The position numbers were made by a program, and so were the translations under genes. The notes under the pieces are model-generated. The model was given only the letters and a program-made list of their open reading frames with translations, did not search any database and was not told the origin of the DNA. A DNA stretch of 56,632 nucleotides from Prorocentrum cordatum (taxonomy: Eukaryota): assembly GCA_963575745.1 (NCBI GenBank), contig CAUYUJ010000080.1, positions 62,001-118,632 on the forward strand, written 5' to 3'. Positions 12,914 to 24,480 of this stretch are shown one piece after another; within the stretch, counting starts at the first letter, position 1; every line of letters begins with the position of its first letter.

Positions 12914-13004
12914 ATACGGGGCTGGGGCACCGCACCTGCGCCCGGCGTGCAGGCGGCGCCGAGGCGGGGAGCGAGCGGCCAGCCCAACGACGGCTGCCCC
13001 AGGC

Positions 13005-13236
13005 TGAGCAGGGACCGACCATCCCGGCATTCCTATGGGCCTACCACGAGATGGTCTTAGAACCCCAAACTGTTCTAAGAACAAAAGCAATATTCTATGA
13101 GCATCAGCCCGATGTGTTAAAACATGTCAGTCCCAACCAAACATGCTCTAAGATTATCTCGTACAACCCACCAAAGTTTCTCGTAAGGTTATTTGGTGGG
13201 CCTATAGGCGAGCCAGGACGCTTCGCCACTGCTTGA
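13005..13236. mobile_element. MITE-like family 2 (~230 bp, imperfect TIRs GCAG...CTGC, flanked by (T/C)TGA and TTGA)
   Basis: Three co-oriented copies of near-equal length: 13005-13236, 17625-17855, 21185-21416. Confidence 0.75.
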
Positions 13237-14309
13237 CCAGGGGTCCCAAAACAAAGAAAAAACAAAAACGGCAAGGTCCTGGCCCCAGCAAGGGGTTGGC
13301 TCAAGGATGCCGGAACTCCCCAGGGCGGTCGGACTCCAAGAGGCCCCCAAGACAGTCCAAGAGAGCCCCGAATCGCTGACCGATCGGTGGAAGACACCCA
13401 AGATGGCCGCCGGTCAGCCGAGAAAGCGCTCAAAACGTCCCAAGAGGCCCCCAGGGCCCCAAGAGCCCAAGAGCTGTCCCAAGAGGGCCTCGAGAGGCCA
13501 AACGCATTGATTTTCATGAGGTTTCTGAATGTTTTTGGGTTCTCCACTTCTCGAGCTTCCCACGCTGCAAGACGTCCCAAGACGCCCCCAAGACCATCCC
13601 AAGACGGCCCCAGAGGCCCACAAGAGGGCTCCAAGACGGCCCCAGAGGCGCCGCCCAAGACGGCCGCAAGAGGGGCCCAAGAAGGGGAACACGAACTGAA
13701 AATCCGAGCCTTCTGTGCCAACAGGCGCTCAGGAGGCCCCTAGAGGCCACTAAGAGGCCCCACCTCAGCAGAGCTAAGAACAGCCCACCCGAAGGCCTCA
13801 GAACTGCATCCAGGAGGCCCACAACAAGCGTCGACAAGATCCCGACGAACATCCAAAAGACCTCAGACCCACCAACCAGGGATGTTGCCGGGATAGGCCG
13901 AATGCCATTAGAAATGGGCCAGCGGAACGAGCGAAACGATAAAATGAGGTGGGTATTGTTTTTGTGTGTGTGTTGTCTGTGTATGTGTGTTGTGTCTGTG
14001 TCGTGTAATGTGTGTGTGTGTGTGTTCACCTGAACAGTGCACGCCCGGCTCTTCGCCTGCTACTTCACGCGCGCTCGCCTGGCGCAACCGCGTCTCTGCT
14101 GCACGCGACTCGCCCAGCGCAGCCGATTTTTTCCCAACAATCCTGTGGTGTTGGGTCCTCGTTTTGAAGAGACAGCGTCCCGCCCTCTCCTCCTCCTCCT
14201 CTTCCTCCTCCTCCTCCTCCTCCTCCTCCTCCTCCTCCTCCTCCCCTCTCCTCTCCTCTCCTCTCCTCTCCTCTCCTCTCCTCTCCTCTCCCCCTCCTCC
14301 CTCTTCGCA

Positions 14310-15890
14310 GGGTCCGCACGCGTCAACGCCACCCAGGACAGCGTCAACGCAACCCAGGACAGCGCTTCGTGGCTCCATAGGGAGCTCAACCGAAGGCTCC
14401 AGTGGCACACGCCGCATGCGTCAACGCCACCCAGGACAGCGCTTCGTGGCCCCACAGGGAGCTCCACCGAAGGCTCCAGTAGCACAGGCCGCATGCGTCA
14501 ACGCCACCCAGGACAGCGCTTCGTGGCCCCATAGGGAGCTCCACCGAAGGCTCCAGTGGCACAGGCCGCATGCGTCATCGCCACCCAGGACAGCGCTTCG
14601 TGGCCACAGAGGGAGCTCCACCGAAGGCCCCAGTGGCAGGGTCCGCATGCGTCAACGCCACCCAGGACAGCGCTTCGTGGCCCCACAGGGAGCTCCACCG
14701 AAGGCTCCAGTGGCAGGGTCCGCATTGCGTCATCGTAAGACAGGGCAGCGTTTCGTGGCTCCAGGGGGAGCTCCACCGAAGGCTCCAGTGGCTGGGTCCG
14801 CATGCGTCATCGCCGCCCAGGACAGCGCTTCGTGGCCCCACAGGGAGCTCCACCGAAGGCTCCTGGTGGCAGGGTCCGCATGCGTCAACGCCACCCAGGA
14901 CAACGATTCATAGCCCCATGGGGTGCTCCAAGGCTCCAGTGGCTGGGTCCGCATGCGTCATCCAGGACAGCGCTTCGTGGCCACAGAGGGAGCTCCACCG
15001 AAGGCCCCAGTGGCAGGGTCCGCATGCGTCAACACCACCCAGGACAGCGCTTCGTGGCCCCATAGGGAGCTCCACCGAAGGCCCCAGTGGCACAGGCCGC
15101 ATGCGTCAACGCCACCCATGTAGGCACACCCCTCACACGGTTCGTGGTCTCACAGGGAGCTCCACCGAAGGCCCCACTGGCAGGGCCCGCATGCGTCACC
15201 GCCATCCATGACAGAGATGCGTGGCCCCATCGGGAGCTCCTCCAAAGGCCCCAGTGGCACCGTTCGCATGCGTCCCCAACACTCAGGACAACGTCTTGTC
15301 ACCCCATAGGGAGCTCCACCGAAGGCCCCAGTGGCATCGTTCGCATGCGTCCCCCCCCCCACCCAGGACAACGTTCCGTGGCACCATAGGGAGCTCCACC
15401 GAAGGTCCCAGTGGCACCGTTTGCGTGCGTCTCCCCCGCCTAGGACAGCGCTTCGTGGCCCCACAGGGGGCCCCACCAAAGGTCCCAGAAGCACCGTTCG
15501 CATGCGTCTCCCCCATCCAGGACAATGCTTCGTGGACCCACTGGCAACCCCACCGAAGGTCCCAGTGGCACCGTTCGCATGCGTCTCCCCCATCCAGGAC
15601 TATGGTTCGTAGACCCATAGGGAGCTCCACCGAAGGCGGCAGTGGCGCAGTCCACATGCGTCTCCCCCACCCATGACAGCGTTTCGTGGACACAGAAGGG
15701 CTCCAACAAAGGTCCAAATGGCGCAGTTCGCATACGTCTCCCCAACCCAGGACAACGCTTCGTGGCCCCATATGGAGCTCCACCGAAAGCCCCAGTGGCA
15801 GTGTCCACATGCGTCCGCGCCACCGATTTCGGCGCACCCCTCGCACGCTTCGTGGCCCCATAAGGAGCTCCACCGAAAGCGGTGCCCACA
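14310..15890. repeat. 77-bp minisatellite, ~20 copies
   Basis: Unit AGTGGCACAGGCCGCATGCGTCAACGCCACCCAGGACAGCGCTTCGTGGCCCCATAGGGAGCTCCACCGAAGGCTCC starts at 14401, 14478 and 14555; copies become more divergent to the right. Confidence 0.95.
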
Positions 15891-16199
15891 ATGAGGCACT
15901 CGCAGCTGCATATGGTTGGGTCCTTCGTCAGGCAAATTTCCTGACGTCACTCGGCCGCTGGATGTGTGTGTGTGTGGGTGTGTGTTTGTGTGCGTCATGC
16001 ACGCGTGCGAAGGTGATACAGGCACCCCGTATAATAAGGACGCGCAGAAAGGATGCAAGGGCCTCAGAAGGCCATTTCAACACTTCGCGAGCGGGGCGCG
16101 GTCAGCGAAAGCGGCCAAAGGCGGACCGAAGGGAACGGATGCAATGATAAACTTGGGAAAACGTGTCATCCTTACTTACTGTGCCGGTTGACTGTACGC

Positions 16200-16249
16200 T
16201 GTGTGTGTCGTGTGTGTGCGCGTGTGTGCGTATGCGTGTGCGTGTGCGT

Positions 16250-16323
<74 letters not shown>

Positions 16324-16407
16324 GTGCGTGTGTGTGCGTGTGTGTGGTGTGTGTGGTGTGTGTGTGGTGCATGCGTGTGTGAATGTGAATGTGAATGTGT
16401 GTGTGTG

Positions 16408-16449
<42 letters not shown>

Positions 16450-16930
16450 GGGGTTGGGTGTGGGGGGGGGGTGTGGGTGCGTGCGTGCGCGTGTGCGTGT
16501 GCGTGTGCGTGCGCGCGCGCGCGCGTGCGCGTGCGCGTGCGCGTGCGCGTGCGTGCGCGTGCGCGTGCGCGTGCGCGTGCGCGTGCGCGTGCGCGCGTGC
16601 GCGTGCGCGTGCGCGTGCGCGTGCGCGTGCGCGTGCGCGTGCGCGTGCGCGTGCGCGTGCGCGTGCGAGTGCGCGTGCGCGTGCGCGTGCGTGCGTGTGC
16701 GTGTGCGTGTGCGTGTGCGTGTGCGTGTGCGTGTGCGTGTGCGTGTGCGTGTGCGTGTGCGTGTGCGTGTGCGTGTGCGTGTGCGTGTGCGGGTGCGGGT
16801 GCGGGTGCGGGTGCGGGTGCGGGTGCGGGTGCGGGTGCGGGTGCGGGTGCGGGTGCGGGTGCGCGTGTGCGGGTGCGGGTGCGGGTGCGGGTGCGGGTGC
16901 GGGTGCGGGTGCGGGTGCGGTGTGTGTGTA

Positions 16931-16977
<47 letters not shown>

Positions 16978-17041
16978 GCGTGTGTGTGCGTGGATCTGCG
17001 TGTGTGTGTGTGTGTGCGTGTGTGTGTGTATGTGTGTGTGG

Positions 17042-17088
<47 letters not shown>

Positions 17089-17124
17089 TGTGTGCGTGTG
17101 CGTGTGTGTGCGTGTGTGCGTACG

Positions 17125-17156
<32 letters not shown>

Positions 17157-17340
17157 TGTTTGTGTTTGTGTTTGTGTTTGTGTTTGTGTTTGTGTTTGTG
17201 TTTGTGTTTGTGTTTGTGTTTGTGTGTGTGTGTGCGTGTGTGAGTGTGTGTGTGTGCGAGTGTGCGTGTGTATATGCGTGTGCATGTGCGTGTGCTTGTG
17301 CGTGTGCGTGTGCGTGTGTGTGTGTGTGTGCGTGTGCGCG
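16200..17340. repeat. Compound GT/GC microsatellite: (GT)n, (GTGCGC)n, (GTGCGT)n, (GCGGGT)n, (GCGT)n, (GTTTGT)n
   Basis: Read directly from the sequence. Confidence 0.97.
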
Positions 17341-17624
17341 AATGGTGCGATCCCTGGAGGCCGAAACCGAGGAGAAGCGCCAGGATCGACACGAGATCCC
17401 GCCTCGCGAAGTCTGAACACGTCAGGAGTGGCAGCCCCCCCCCCCCCCTGCGGGGGCGGCAGCCCGAGAAGGACGCACGCAGACAGCCACTCCGAGAACC
17501 ATATGCCCCCTCCCCCCAGTTCGCGAGGCCGCTGGCACGGGCCGCGAGCGCTCGCGTAGGGACGCTCTCTCGAACGCCGCGTGAGGTTGTGTGCGCGTGC
17601 GCCTTAGCATAATTAGCTCCAGAT

Positions 17625-17855
17625 TGAGCAGGGACCGACCGTCCCAGCATTCCTACAGGCCTACCACGACATGTTCTTAGAACCCCAGAAAATGTCCTTA
17701 GAACGAAAACAATGTGCTCAGAACATCAACCCGATGGGTGAAAACGACACAGACTCGGCCAGAAGTGTTCTGAGAACACTTCGTTGAAACCACAAAAGGT
17801 TCTTAGGACATTCCTTGGTGGGCCTGCAGGCGAGCCAGGACGCGCCACTCCTTGA
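17625..17855. mobile_element. MITE-like family 2 copy
   Basis: TGAGCAGGGACCGACCGTCCCAGCATTCCTACAGGCCTACC ... GGTGGGCCTGCAGGCGAGCCAGGACGCGCCACTCCTTGA. Confidence 0.75.
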
Positions 17856-18454
17856 CCTGAGGCCGCAGCTGGTCGAACACTTCAGGCCGTCACTTCTGTC
17901 ACGGCGCGCGAAGGTGTCAAGGTCTCTGCCTCGCTCCTGGCTTCGCTCGCCCTCCTTTCTCGGGTCGGGCGAACATGGGGAGGGGGGTCGCAAAGAGGGG
18001 ACAGCGGATCAGCTAAGGTAGCTGATTTTCCCGACGCCTCCCGGCGCCAGAGGCGCGAATGTGCGCCCGGCGACGGGGCCGAAACCAGCTGCATCCAGCA
18101 AATGTCGTGACCTCCCCCCTTCCCTGCTTCTCGTCCGATCCGTCTTGGAATAGACGCCGTGGTTGTTGGCTAAGGCGATGGTGGTTACTTCTGTATGCCT
18201 GCGCACTCACAAACAACCCAGACCAGCCTGACCACGATTTCACAATAGACTTGGCATTGCTGCTGGCTGGTTTCGCAGACGGTCTACAGAGCTATATTAC
18301 CAAATTCTGATTAGGAGTTTGAGGCCCATCAGAATGAGGGGGCCGAACGGTCATTCACTGTCCCTGGGCGCGTGGCTGAAGTGAGGTTCTGCGGTGCGGA
18401 TTACTGTTGTTGTTTTTTGTTTGTTGCTGGTGTTTCTTGTCAACGTCTCCCCTG

Positions 18455-18610
18455 CGACCCGGCCCGCGACCGCCCCGCGACCCACCCGCAACCCACCCGC
18501 GACCCACCTGCGACACACCCGCGACCCGGCCCGCGACCCGGCCCGCGACTCACCCGCGACCCACCCGCGACCCACCCGCGACCCACCTGCGACCCACCCC
18601 GCGACCCACC
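18455..18610. repeat. 11-bp tandem repeat CGCGACCCACC (~13 copies)
   Basis: Read directly. Reverse-complement relics GTGGGTCGCGG occur at ~33310-33550 and ~47290-47330. Confidence 0.9.
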
Positions 18611-19255
18611 AACTTTTGCCCGACGAAAAAATCCTCGCCTACGGCGGGCTCGTTGTATTATTTGTAACAATTCGGCGCCTGCGGCGGGTTTCTTCAGAGC
18701 CTCGCAGACTGCCGAAATCCCCGCTGACCCCTCACTCTTATCCGCAACTGCGGGGTGCTATGTATTCTGGTATTTCAGACTGCTGTTGAACACTGACCAC
18801 CAAGGCCTCAACCACCATTACGGAACTCCGACCCGACTGTGGGGTGGGTGGGGGCCAAGCCCCCCTGCGGGGCAACGATAGCAGGCCTGGAGGGGGCGCC
18901 CCCCCCCGCCCCTTGCGGGGCAACGATAGCAGGGGGGGACCAGCTCAGGGGAGACATCGAGCTCGATAGCACGTCCGCACGTTCCTGGGCGGGGTGGGGG
19001 TCTATCAGACCCCTATCGGCGATGAATGGGCAATGAGGGGTCGACGCATCCCCCCCTGAGCCAAACTCCCGACGTCGTGATTTTTTCACAACGTCGAACC
19101 CCAGAAATCTGGACCCCTTCCCCAGGACCGGGCTTTCAACCCGAGTCGTTTTCTTGACGGTCCCGAGGCCCCGTGAGGGCCCCCCGAGGAACAACACCCC
19201 GTCGCGATTTTTTCATGGCGCGAGCGGGACCGGGAAGCCTATCCCCCCCCTATCG

Positions 19256-19421
19256 TTAGGTCGGGCATGTCCCCCTACAGGCGGATGTTGCACGACAGAC
19301 AAATAAAAAACATTCAAACATACAAAACAGTTGTCAACAAAAGTGCTCAAACATCGCCTCCTGACAATTGTTTTTAACTACTTTTGGATATTCCTCCTGT
19401 AGAGGGCCAGGCCCGACCCAA
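19256..19421. mobile_element. MITE-like family 1 (~30-bp TIRs GTCGGGCATGTCCCCCTACAGG / CCTGTAGAGGGACATGCCCGAC, AT-rich spacer)
   Basis: Five copies: 19256-19421, 19891-20013, 21711-22986 (interrupted), 24031-24181, 29713-29868. Confidence 0.8.
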
Positions 19422-19890
19422 CCCCATCGTTGCCCCCGACCCCCCCCCCCCCTCCGAGAAGGGGCCGCGCAGCGCCCGTGGGGGGGGGGGAGCGGCGGCC
19501 CGTCCTCTGGGCTCCGCTGCTCTGCCTGCTCTTTCGACTGGGCGCGGCCGCGTCTCCGGTTTTTGCTCCGCGCCGCGAAGGGGGGGGGGAACCCCCGACC
19601 TCCTTCCAGGAGGGCTCGAACGCAGCGGTCCGGGACCTCGACATCCGAGTGCCCGCCGACGTTTCAGGCAGTCCCCATCGTGCCCATCCTGCCCCTCCGC
19701 CTCCCCTTCGCCCTCCTCCTGCTCCTCCTCCTCCCGCCCTCTCCCTCTCCCTCATCATCCTCCAGACCTTTCCTCACCCTCGTCCCTCGCCTCCCTTCCT
19801 CCCCTTTTGTCACCCCCCTCCTCCGTCGACGAGGAGTGCAAGGACGAGAAAGAAGAGCCCAACAACTGACGTCGTGAAAGCAGCGTAACG

Positions 19891-20013
19891 TTAGGTCTGG
19901 CATGTCCCACTACAATTATATTTTGAACGAAAAAATAAAACAGACCCCCAAACTATTCAAAAATATAGGAAAGTCGTGAGTATTCCTCCTGTAGAGGGAC
20001 ACGCCCGACTTAA
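19891..20013. mobile_element. MITE-like family 1 copy
   Basis: TTAGGTCTGGCATGTCCCACTACA ... CCTGTAGAGGGACACGCCCGACTTAA. Confidence 0.75.
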
Positions 20014-21184
20014 TCGCAACGTTCGGGAATCATGAGCCTCGACCCCCAGCCTCGTCCCCCACTTTTGGGGCCGGGCCGATCCGTCAGGGTGCCAGGGAAA
20101 ACCAACAGGTACCGATACCGCTGCTCCCCGGACCTCGCCCAAGGTGCGTTGTAACCAGAATGTCGAGGCGCATCCAGCCGTGGCGATGAGGGCCTCCCAG
20201 GAGGCCCCAAAGGCGAAAACAAGGGAAGGGCAACAGAATGGGTAGCTGTTCCTCCTCCGAGTTCTGGGGGCCCCAAGCGGGGGGAAAGAACAGTCGTGAT
20301 TCTCCACGACGCCCAGGCGAAAGCCCTGCCGGCGACAGTCTGTTCATCGGGGGGACTTGAAGGTGCGGTAGGGGCCGAGGTGGGGTTAGAAGAACATCGG
20401 GCATCCAGCTGGGCTCGTTCCCTAACCCCACCTTGGGATAACCCCCCCTCCACGAAACCCCCCTGGGTTCAGAGGGGGGTTAGACGAACATGTGTCCGAC
20501 TGCCCCCCTGGAGAAAAGAGATGTGAGCATCCAGCTGGGCTCGTTCCGTATCCCCACCTTGGGTTCTGATGTTCCCATCGTACTTAAGGACTTCATCCCA
20601 GAAATAAGTGGCCCCCAAGAGGCCCCTAGGAGGCCCCAAAGAGGCCCCCAAGAGGCTTCAAAGAGGCCCCATAGAGCGCTCGAGGGCCGGCGGAATGAGC
20701 GAAGCGATTGAATAAGTCCGAGCACCCGGAAAATGGTCGAAGCAGTGTCGAGACCGTGTCGAACGAGTGCCTCCCAGGGCCCGACGCGCGAACACCCTCC
20801 AGCTTCGGCACTTTCTCTTGGTGCTCGACATTATTGAAGGGGCCCTCGGACACACAGATAGATACACACAAATAACAGGATTCCCCAGATTTTCCCATAT
20901 TTTCTGGGTTTCTGTCTTCCGCCCAACTTCCCATATTTTCAAATTGTTTCCTGGGGATCGACGATGACTTGTGTCTGTGTGTTTTTTCCCCTCCTGAATT
21001 CTTCCTGGGGATCCAGGCTAGAGAGCAGGCCGGAACATCCTGCACCCTGGGATGACCCCCCCCCCCTTCCGCGAAGACCCCCCCGGGTTCAGGGCCCGCC
21101 CCCGGGCCCGGGCCCGTCCCCGAGCGCGCGCCGCCCGCGGAGGAGTCGCCCTCCGAGGCCGCGCCCGAGGCCGCGCCGACGGGT

Positions 21185-21416
21185 TGAGCAGAGACCGACC
21201 GTCCCCGTGTTCCGATAGCCCTAGCACGACGTGTTCTCAGGACCCAGAAATGTTCTGAGAACAAGAGCCATGCTCTTAGAACATAGACCCGATGTGATAA
21301 GACAAGACAGACTCCGCCAGAAATGTTCTGAGAAAATGTCGTAGAAACCACAAACGGTTCTTAGAACATTGTTTGGTAGGGCTGCAGGCGCGCCAAGACG
21401 CTTTGCCACTGCTTGA
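21185..21416. mobile_element. MITE-like family 2 copy
   Basis: TGAGCAGAGACCGACCGTCCCC ... GGCGCGCCAAGACGCTTTGCCACTGCTTGA. Confidence 0.75.
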
Positions 21417-21820
21417 ACGGGGGGGGGCGCCGAGAAGCCTGGGAGCCTCTGGCCATAACATTTTGTCGGTGGTGGACAAGCCTCCCTTTAGTGAACTACC
21501 CTTTGGTGAAAACGGCCTAAGACCCAAGCCGACGGACCTGGACCCGCAAAAATGACGGCCGCGATGCCCTCTCGCGAACCGAAAACGGCCGATTCACTAA
21601 TCGACGTGTCAGGGTAGGAGGTCTGTCAACCTCCGATTTTGAGGGGCGATGGCGTGGAGCTCTGGGTCACAGTGACAGGGGATGTGGCGACACCCACAGG
21701 CAGACTTGATTCAGGTCGGGTGTGTCCCCCTACAAGGGGATGTTGGGCGAACAATGACAAATGCTCCAAACATACTCCAAATAACTATTCAAACATACTA
21801 ACAAAAAATCGTCCCCCAAT

Positions 21821-22932
21821 AATCCCACCAGCCCTCTGGGCGTCGGTGGTTTAGGGCGTTTCCTTTCCACCCCTCCCTCTTCCCCTTCGGGGAGGGGTTT
21901 ACCCCTCCCCCTACCCCCTCCCCACTGACCTGGACAGGAGGGGCGGGGAGCGGTCAGAGCGTCCAAAACGGCCTCGGCGAGGAAGCCAAAATCATTGATT
22001 TTACTATGGTTGTGGCCCCATTTTGGCCTTCTGAAGGGGCAGCGCTAATTAGAGCTCCCCTCTTCTTTCATCGATTTCCTCCACGATGACCGCAAGAGGC
22101 CCCCAGGATGCCCCAAGAGGCCCCGAGATGGCCCCAAGATGGCCCCATGTGGTCCCAAGAAGCTCCCAAGAGGCCCCCAGGATGCCCCCAAGAGGCTCCC
22201 AAGAGACCCCCACGAGGCCCCAAGAGACCCCCCAGAGGCACCCAAGACGCTCCAAGAGGCCTCGGCGAGAATGCCCAAATCATTGATTTTACTAAGGTTT
22301 TGGCCACATTTGGGCCTCCTGGGGGGGGTGGCACTGCTTCAGATGACTCCAAGAGCGCCTGGGAGAGCCCAAGATGACCTCCAAGATGGCTCAAGATATC
22401 CCAAGATGCCTCAAGATGGCTCCCACGATGCTCCAAGAGGCCCCAAGACCGCTTCAGGACGGCTCCAAGTGGCCAAAGAGCTCCCCCAGGAGGCCCCGAA
22501 GAGGCCAAAATCCTTCCAAAACCTTCGGAAAATCAACATTTTGGGCTTTCTCGCCTTTTCGCTTCCGATGGCCATCCGAGGCTTCAAGATGACTCCAAGA
22601 TGGCCCAAGAGGGCTCCAAGAGCGCTCTGAAGGCTCCCAAGAGCGCTTCAAGAGGGCCCCACGAGGCGCCCATGAGGCCCCAGGAGGCCCCAACAAGCGC
22701 CCCAGAGGCCTCCAAGAGGCCCCCAAGAGACCCCCAAGAGGCCCCAAGAAGCTCTCCAAAACACCCAAGACGCTCTAAGAGGCGTCCGGGACCGCCAAGA
22801 GGCCCCTAAGAGACGCTCCAACCGGCCTCCACTGGGGTACCCTTCCTTTGTGTGCTGCCCACTTCCCTGATCGAGGCACTTCCTCTGGGCATCGTTTCTG
22901 GATGGGCTGGTGGGGTTACGCGAAGCGTCTAG
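21821..22932 (+). mobile_element. Non-autonomous Helitron2/DINE-like element, family B, nested inside a MITE
   Basis: Head AATCCCACCAGCCC is inverted to tail GGGCTGGTGGGGTT (22904), then hairpin ACGC-GAA-GCGT and CTAG; internal CCAAGA array. A related degenerate copy spans ~25300-26325. Confidence 0.6.
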
Positions 22933-23507
22933 AATTTTTTGACTATTTTGGAATATTCCTCCTGTAGAGGGACATGCCCGACTTAAGACTTGATTGCGCT
23001 GGACACGCGACAGGACACAAGACTCTTCCGACGGCAATGTGGCCTCCAAAACCACAGGACACACGGGCACACTGCCGAGGCCGCGACCGCGGCCACCCGT
23101 GGCCGAACCGCAGCCCAGAGAAGGGGGGCGAACGTCGGACAGGACTCAAGAGTACCTTGCTCCCTGACTGACGGCACGACGCGCGATGCATATGAAACAA
23201 CGAGTGCCCTTGATTTGGCAGTGACGACCTGCGAAAATCCGGGCCAGCTATCCCAGGCTCCGTGGGGATCTCGACAGGACCAACAGTGCGAGGCCCAACT
23301 CGGGGACGCAGGGCAGGGGGGCGTCTATCCTCGACAGGGCTGCGTCCAACGAGCTCCCCTGGGCCGTGCTCTTTTCTGAGCGGCCTGATTCTTCGTGGGA
23401 ACGTCGGGGGGGGGGGGGGCGAGAAATCGCCTGCGACACAAGGCGAGAACAATGTCAAGATTTCGCTTGGCTTAGATTGCTTTCCAGGAGTGCCAGGAAT
23501 TCCTCGC

Positions 23508-23569
23508 CTCGGAAGCCCCTTGCAGACCAGCCGCAGATCGTGGAAACCGGACAAGTCCAGGAACGCCTC
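23508..23569 (-). CDS. Candidate small upstream exon (EAFLDLSGFHDLRLVCKGLP; F-box-like or RRM-like fragment)
   Basis: Bounded by CAG|G acceptor and AG|GC donor like the MLLE exons, on the same strand. FLDL...LRLVCK resembles the F-box motif. Short, so it could be chance. Confidence 0.3.
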
Positions 23570-24030
23570 CTGACCATGGCCTCTTGCCCCGTCTAAGATC
23601 AGCCGCGACGCCTGCGGCCGGGGCAGATCAGAGGCGGGGCGCGCAAACAAACCCCCGCCCACAGTGCAGGGCGGCACTGGACAGCGGGCGCCGTGTGCCC
23701 GACCCGCAGGGCCGCCCGGGAGAAGGCGCTGGCCCCTCACCGCCTGTCGTCGACGTCCAGGAACCGCGCTCTCGCAGGAGACCTCCTCAAAGTCTCCTCC
23801 TCGTCCTCCTTTTCCTCTTCCTCCTCCTCCTCCTCCTCCTTTTCCTCTGCCTCCTCCTCCTCCTCCTCCTCCTCCTCCTCCTCCTCCTCCTCCTCCTCCT
23901 CCGCTCAAGACTCGTGCTCTCGCCAGGGGCCTCTCTTCCACAGGGGCACGATATTCTCGCTTCCATGCTGGCAGGCAGCCCCCCACCCACGGAACCGAAC
24001 GAGGGCAACGGGCCTCGCGCGTGCTTGGGG

Positions 24031-24181
24031 TTACGTCGGGCGTGTCCTCCTACAGGCGAAGTTTGGTAGAACAATTAAACAAAGAGTCAGCAAATAAGTC
24101 CACAAATAAAAGAAATCATCCCGAAACTTTTCTATGACTATTTTTGAACATTCCTCCCATAGAAGGACATGCCCGACTTGA
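24031..24181. mobile_element. MITE-like family 1 copy
   Basis: TTACGTCGGGCGTGTCCTCCTACAGG ... CCCATAGAAGGACATGCCCGACTTGA. Confidence 0.75.
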
Positions 24182-24448
24182 GCTTGGGGGGGGGCGCCTC
24201 GGTGCAGAAGGCGGCCACGCCTCAACACCTGGAAGGCTCTGGGGGCGCTGCGCGCCCCTGGCTCCCGAGGGCCAGGGAGGGTCAGGAAGGCCCAACGACC
24301 TCCAGGCTCGGAGCTCGGCTCTCCAAGGAGCACGCCCCACGGACTCCTGCAGGCGTCGTCGGCGTCGGCGTCGGCGTCGTCGGCGACGTCGTCCTCGTCG
24401 TCGGCGGCGTTGTCATCGGCGTCCTCGCCCTCGTCAGCGCCGTCGCCG

Positions 24449-24480
<32 letters not shown>

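Noticed and set aside
14310..15890. CRISPR array
   Set aside because: Whole 77-bp units repeat with no unique spacers; there are no cas genes and the context is eukaryotic.
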